From assembly GCA_964016885.1 (NCBI GenBank), contig OZ024742.1, positions 114,266,001 to 114,330,000 of the forward strand: a DNA stretch of 64,000 nt, given 5' to 3'. Made by a program: the position numbers and the translations under genes. Positions within the stretch are counted from its first letter, which is position 1. Every line of letters begins with the position of its first letter. The stretch comes from Eledone cirrhosa (lineage: Eukaryota). Shown here piece by piece: positions 63,417 to 64,000 of the stretch. Under the pieces are notes generated by a model that made no database searches, was not told the origin of the DNA, and was given only the letters and a program-made list of their open reading frames with translations.

Positions 63417-64000
63417 TGTCCGTATTAAGAGTAGGAAGTTTAAATGTTCGAGGCCCAGGATCTTCATGAAAGCAGGGTAACCTGCTCAACGACCCCTGGC
63501 CTTAGAAATGGATGTAATTGCCGTCAACAGGACCAGTATTTCCGACACGCGCGCATTTGCCCCCATTTTCGACGACTATCAGATATTTGCATCGGTTAGT
63601 TGGTCGGGAATGGGTGGTGGGGTGGCAGTAATATTTAGGAAATGCCTGGATATCGAGGTAAGGTCGATCTTCCGTGAGCTATACGGGTGGTTGGTGGTCA
63701 CGGACTTAAACAGTAACGAAGGTGTTGCCTTTAGACTGGTGGCCGTCTACGCCCCTACTGGGGCAGGACGGCCGGACTTCTTTAGAGGCCTGGAAGCCTT
63801 TCTGGCTACGTCTCGCCCTTTACTGTTAGCGGGGGACTGGAACGGCTTTTTAGACGCACGCTGGGAATGTGTGGGAGTATCTGATAGGAGCGGGGGGTGC
63901 AAAAGTCTCAAGAACCTGATCAACCAGTTCCAACTCTCTGACAGGTACCGAATAGATTTCCCTAATGAGCCAGTGTGTACCTGGAATAACCGCATAGGGT
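63417..64000 (+). mobile_element. Tx1/L1-like LINE ORF2 start (APE endonuclease), degraded; continues past window end
   Basis: MSVLRVGSLNVRG...MDVIAV...GGGVAVIFRK...FRLVAVYAP...FFRGL...LLLAGDWN...DRYR...CTW. The upstream (ACA)-rich region at about 62690-63400 is probably a decayed ORF1. Confidence 0.8.

Overview
This is AT-rich, intergenic or intronic eukaryotic DNA with very long (TA)n/(CA)n tracts. Its repeat content (a tRNA-type SINE, a TTAA piggyBac-type MITE, RTE and Tx1 LINEs) suggests a coleoid cephalopod such as Octopus; that assignment is inference. I found no intact host gene. The window is dominated by decayed Penelope-like elements (PLEs) of several clades inserted in (TA)n tracts, nearly all with fold-back (inverted) 5' ends. 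It also holds one RTE LINE, a Tx1/L1-like LINE start, a Helitron Rep fragment, SINEs and two TIR elements. The main signal, read by eye, is about 30 type I hammerhead ribozyme (HHR) motifs, intact or degenerate. Some sit in PLE 3' ends. Others sit in at least four ORF-less tandem repeat families (monomers about 320-530 nt, one HHR each) that look like retrozymes or circular-RNA-derived elements. Two of these families share an ATGCAAAT (octamer) box 88-100 nt upstream of the ribozyme core, and family A shows stem covariation between its copies. All folds are manual and coordinates are approximate to a few bases.
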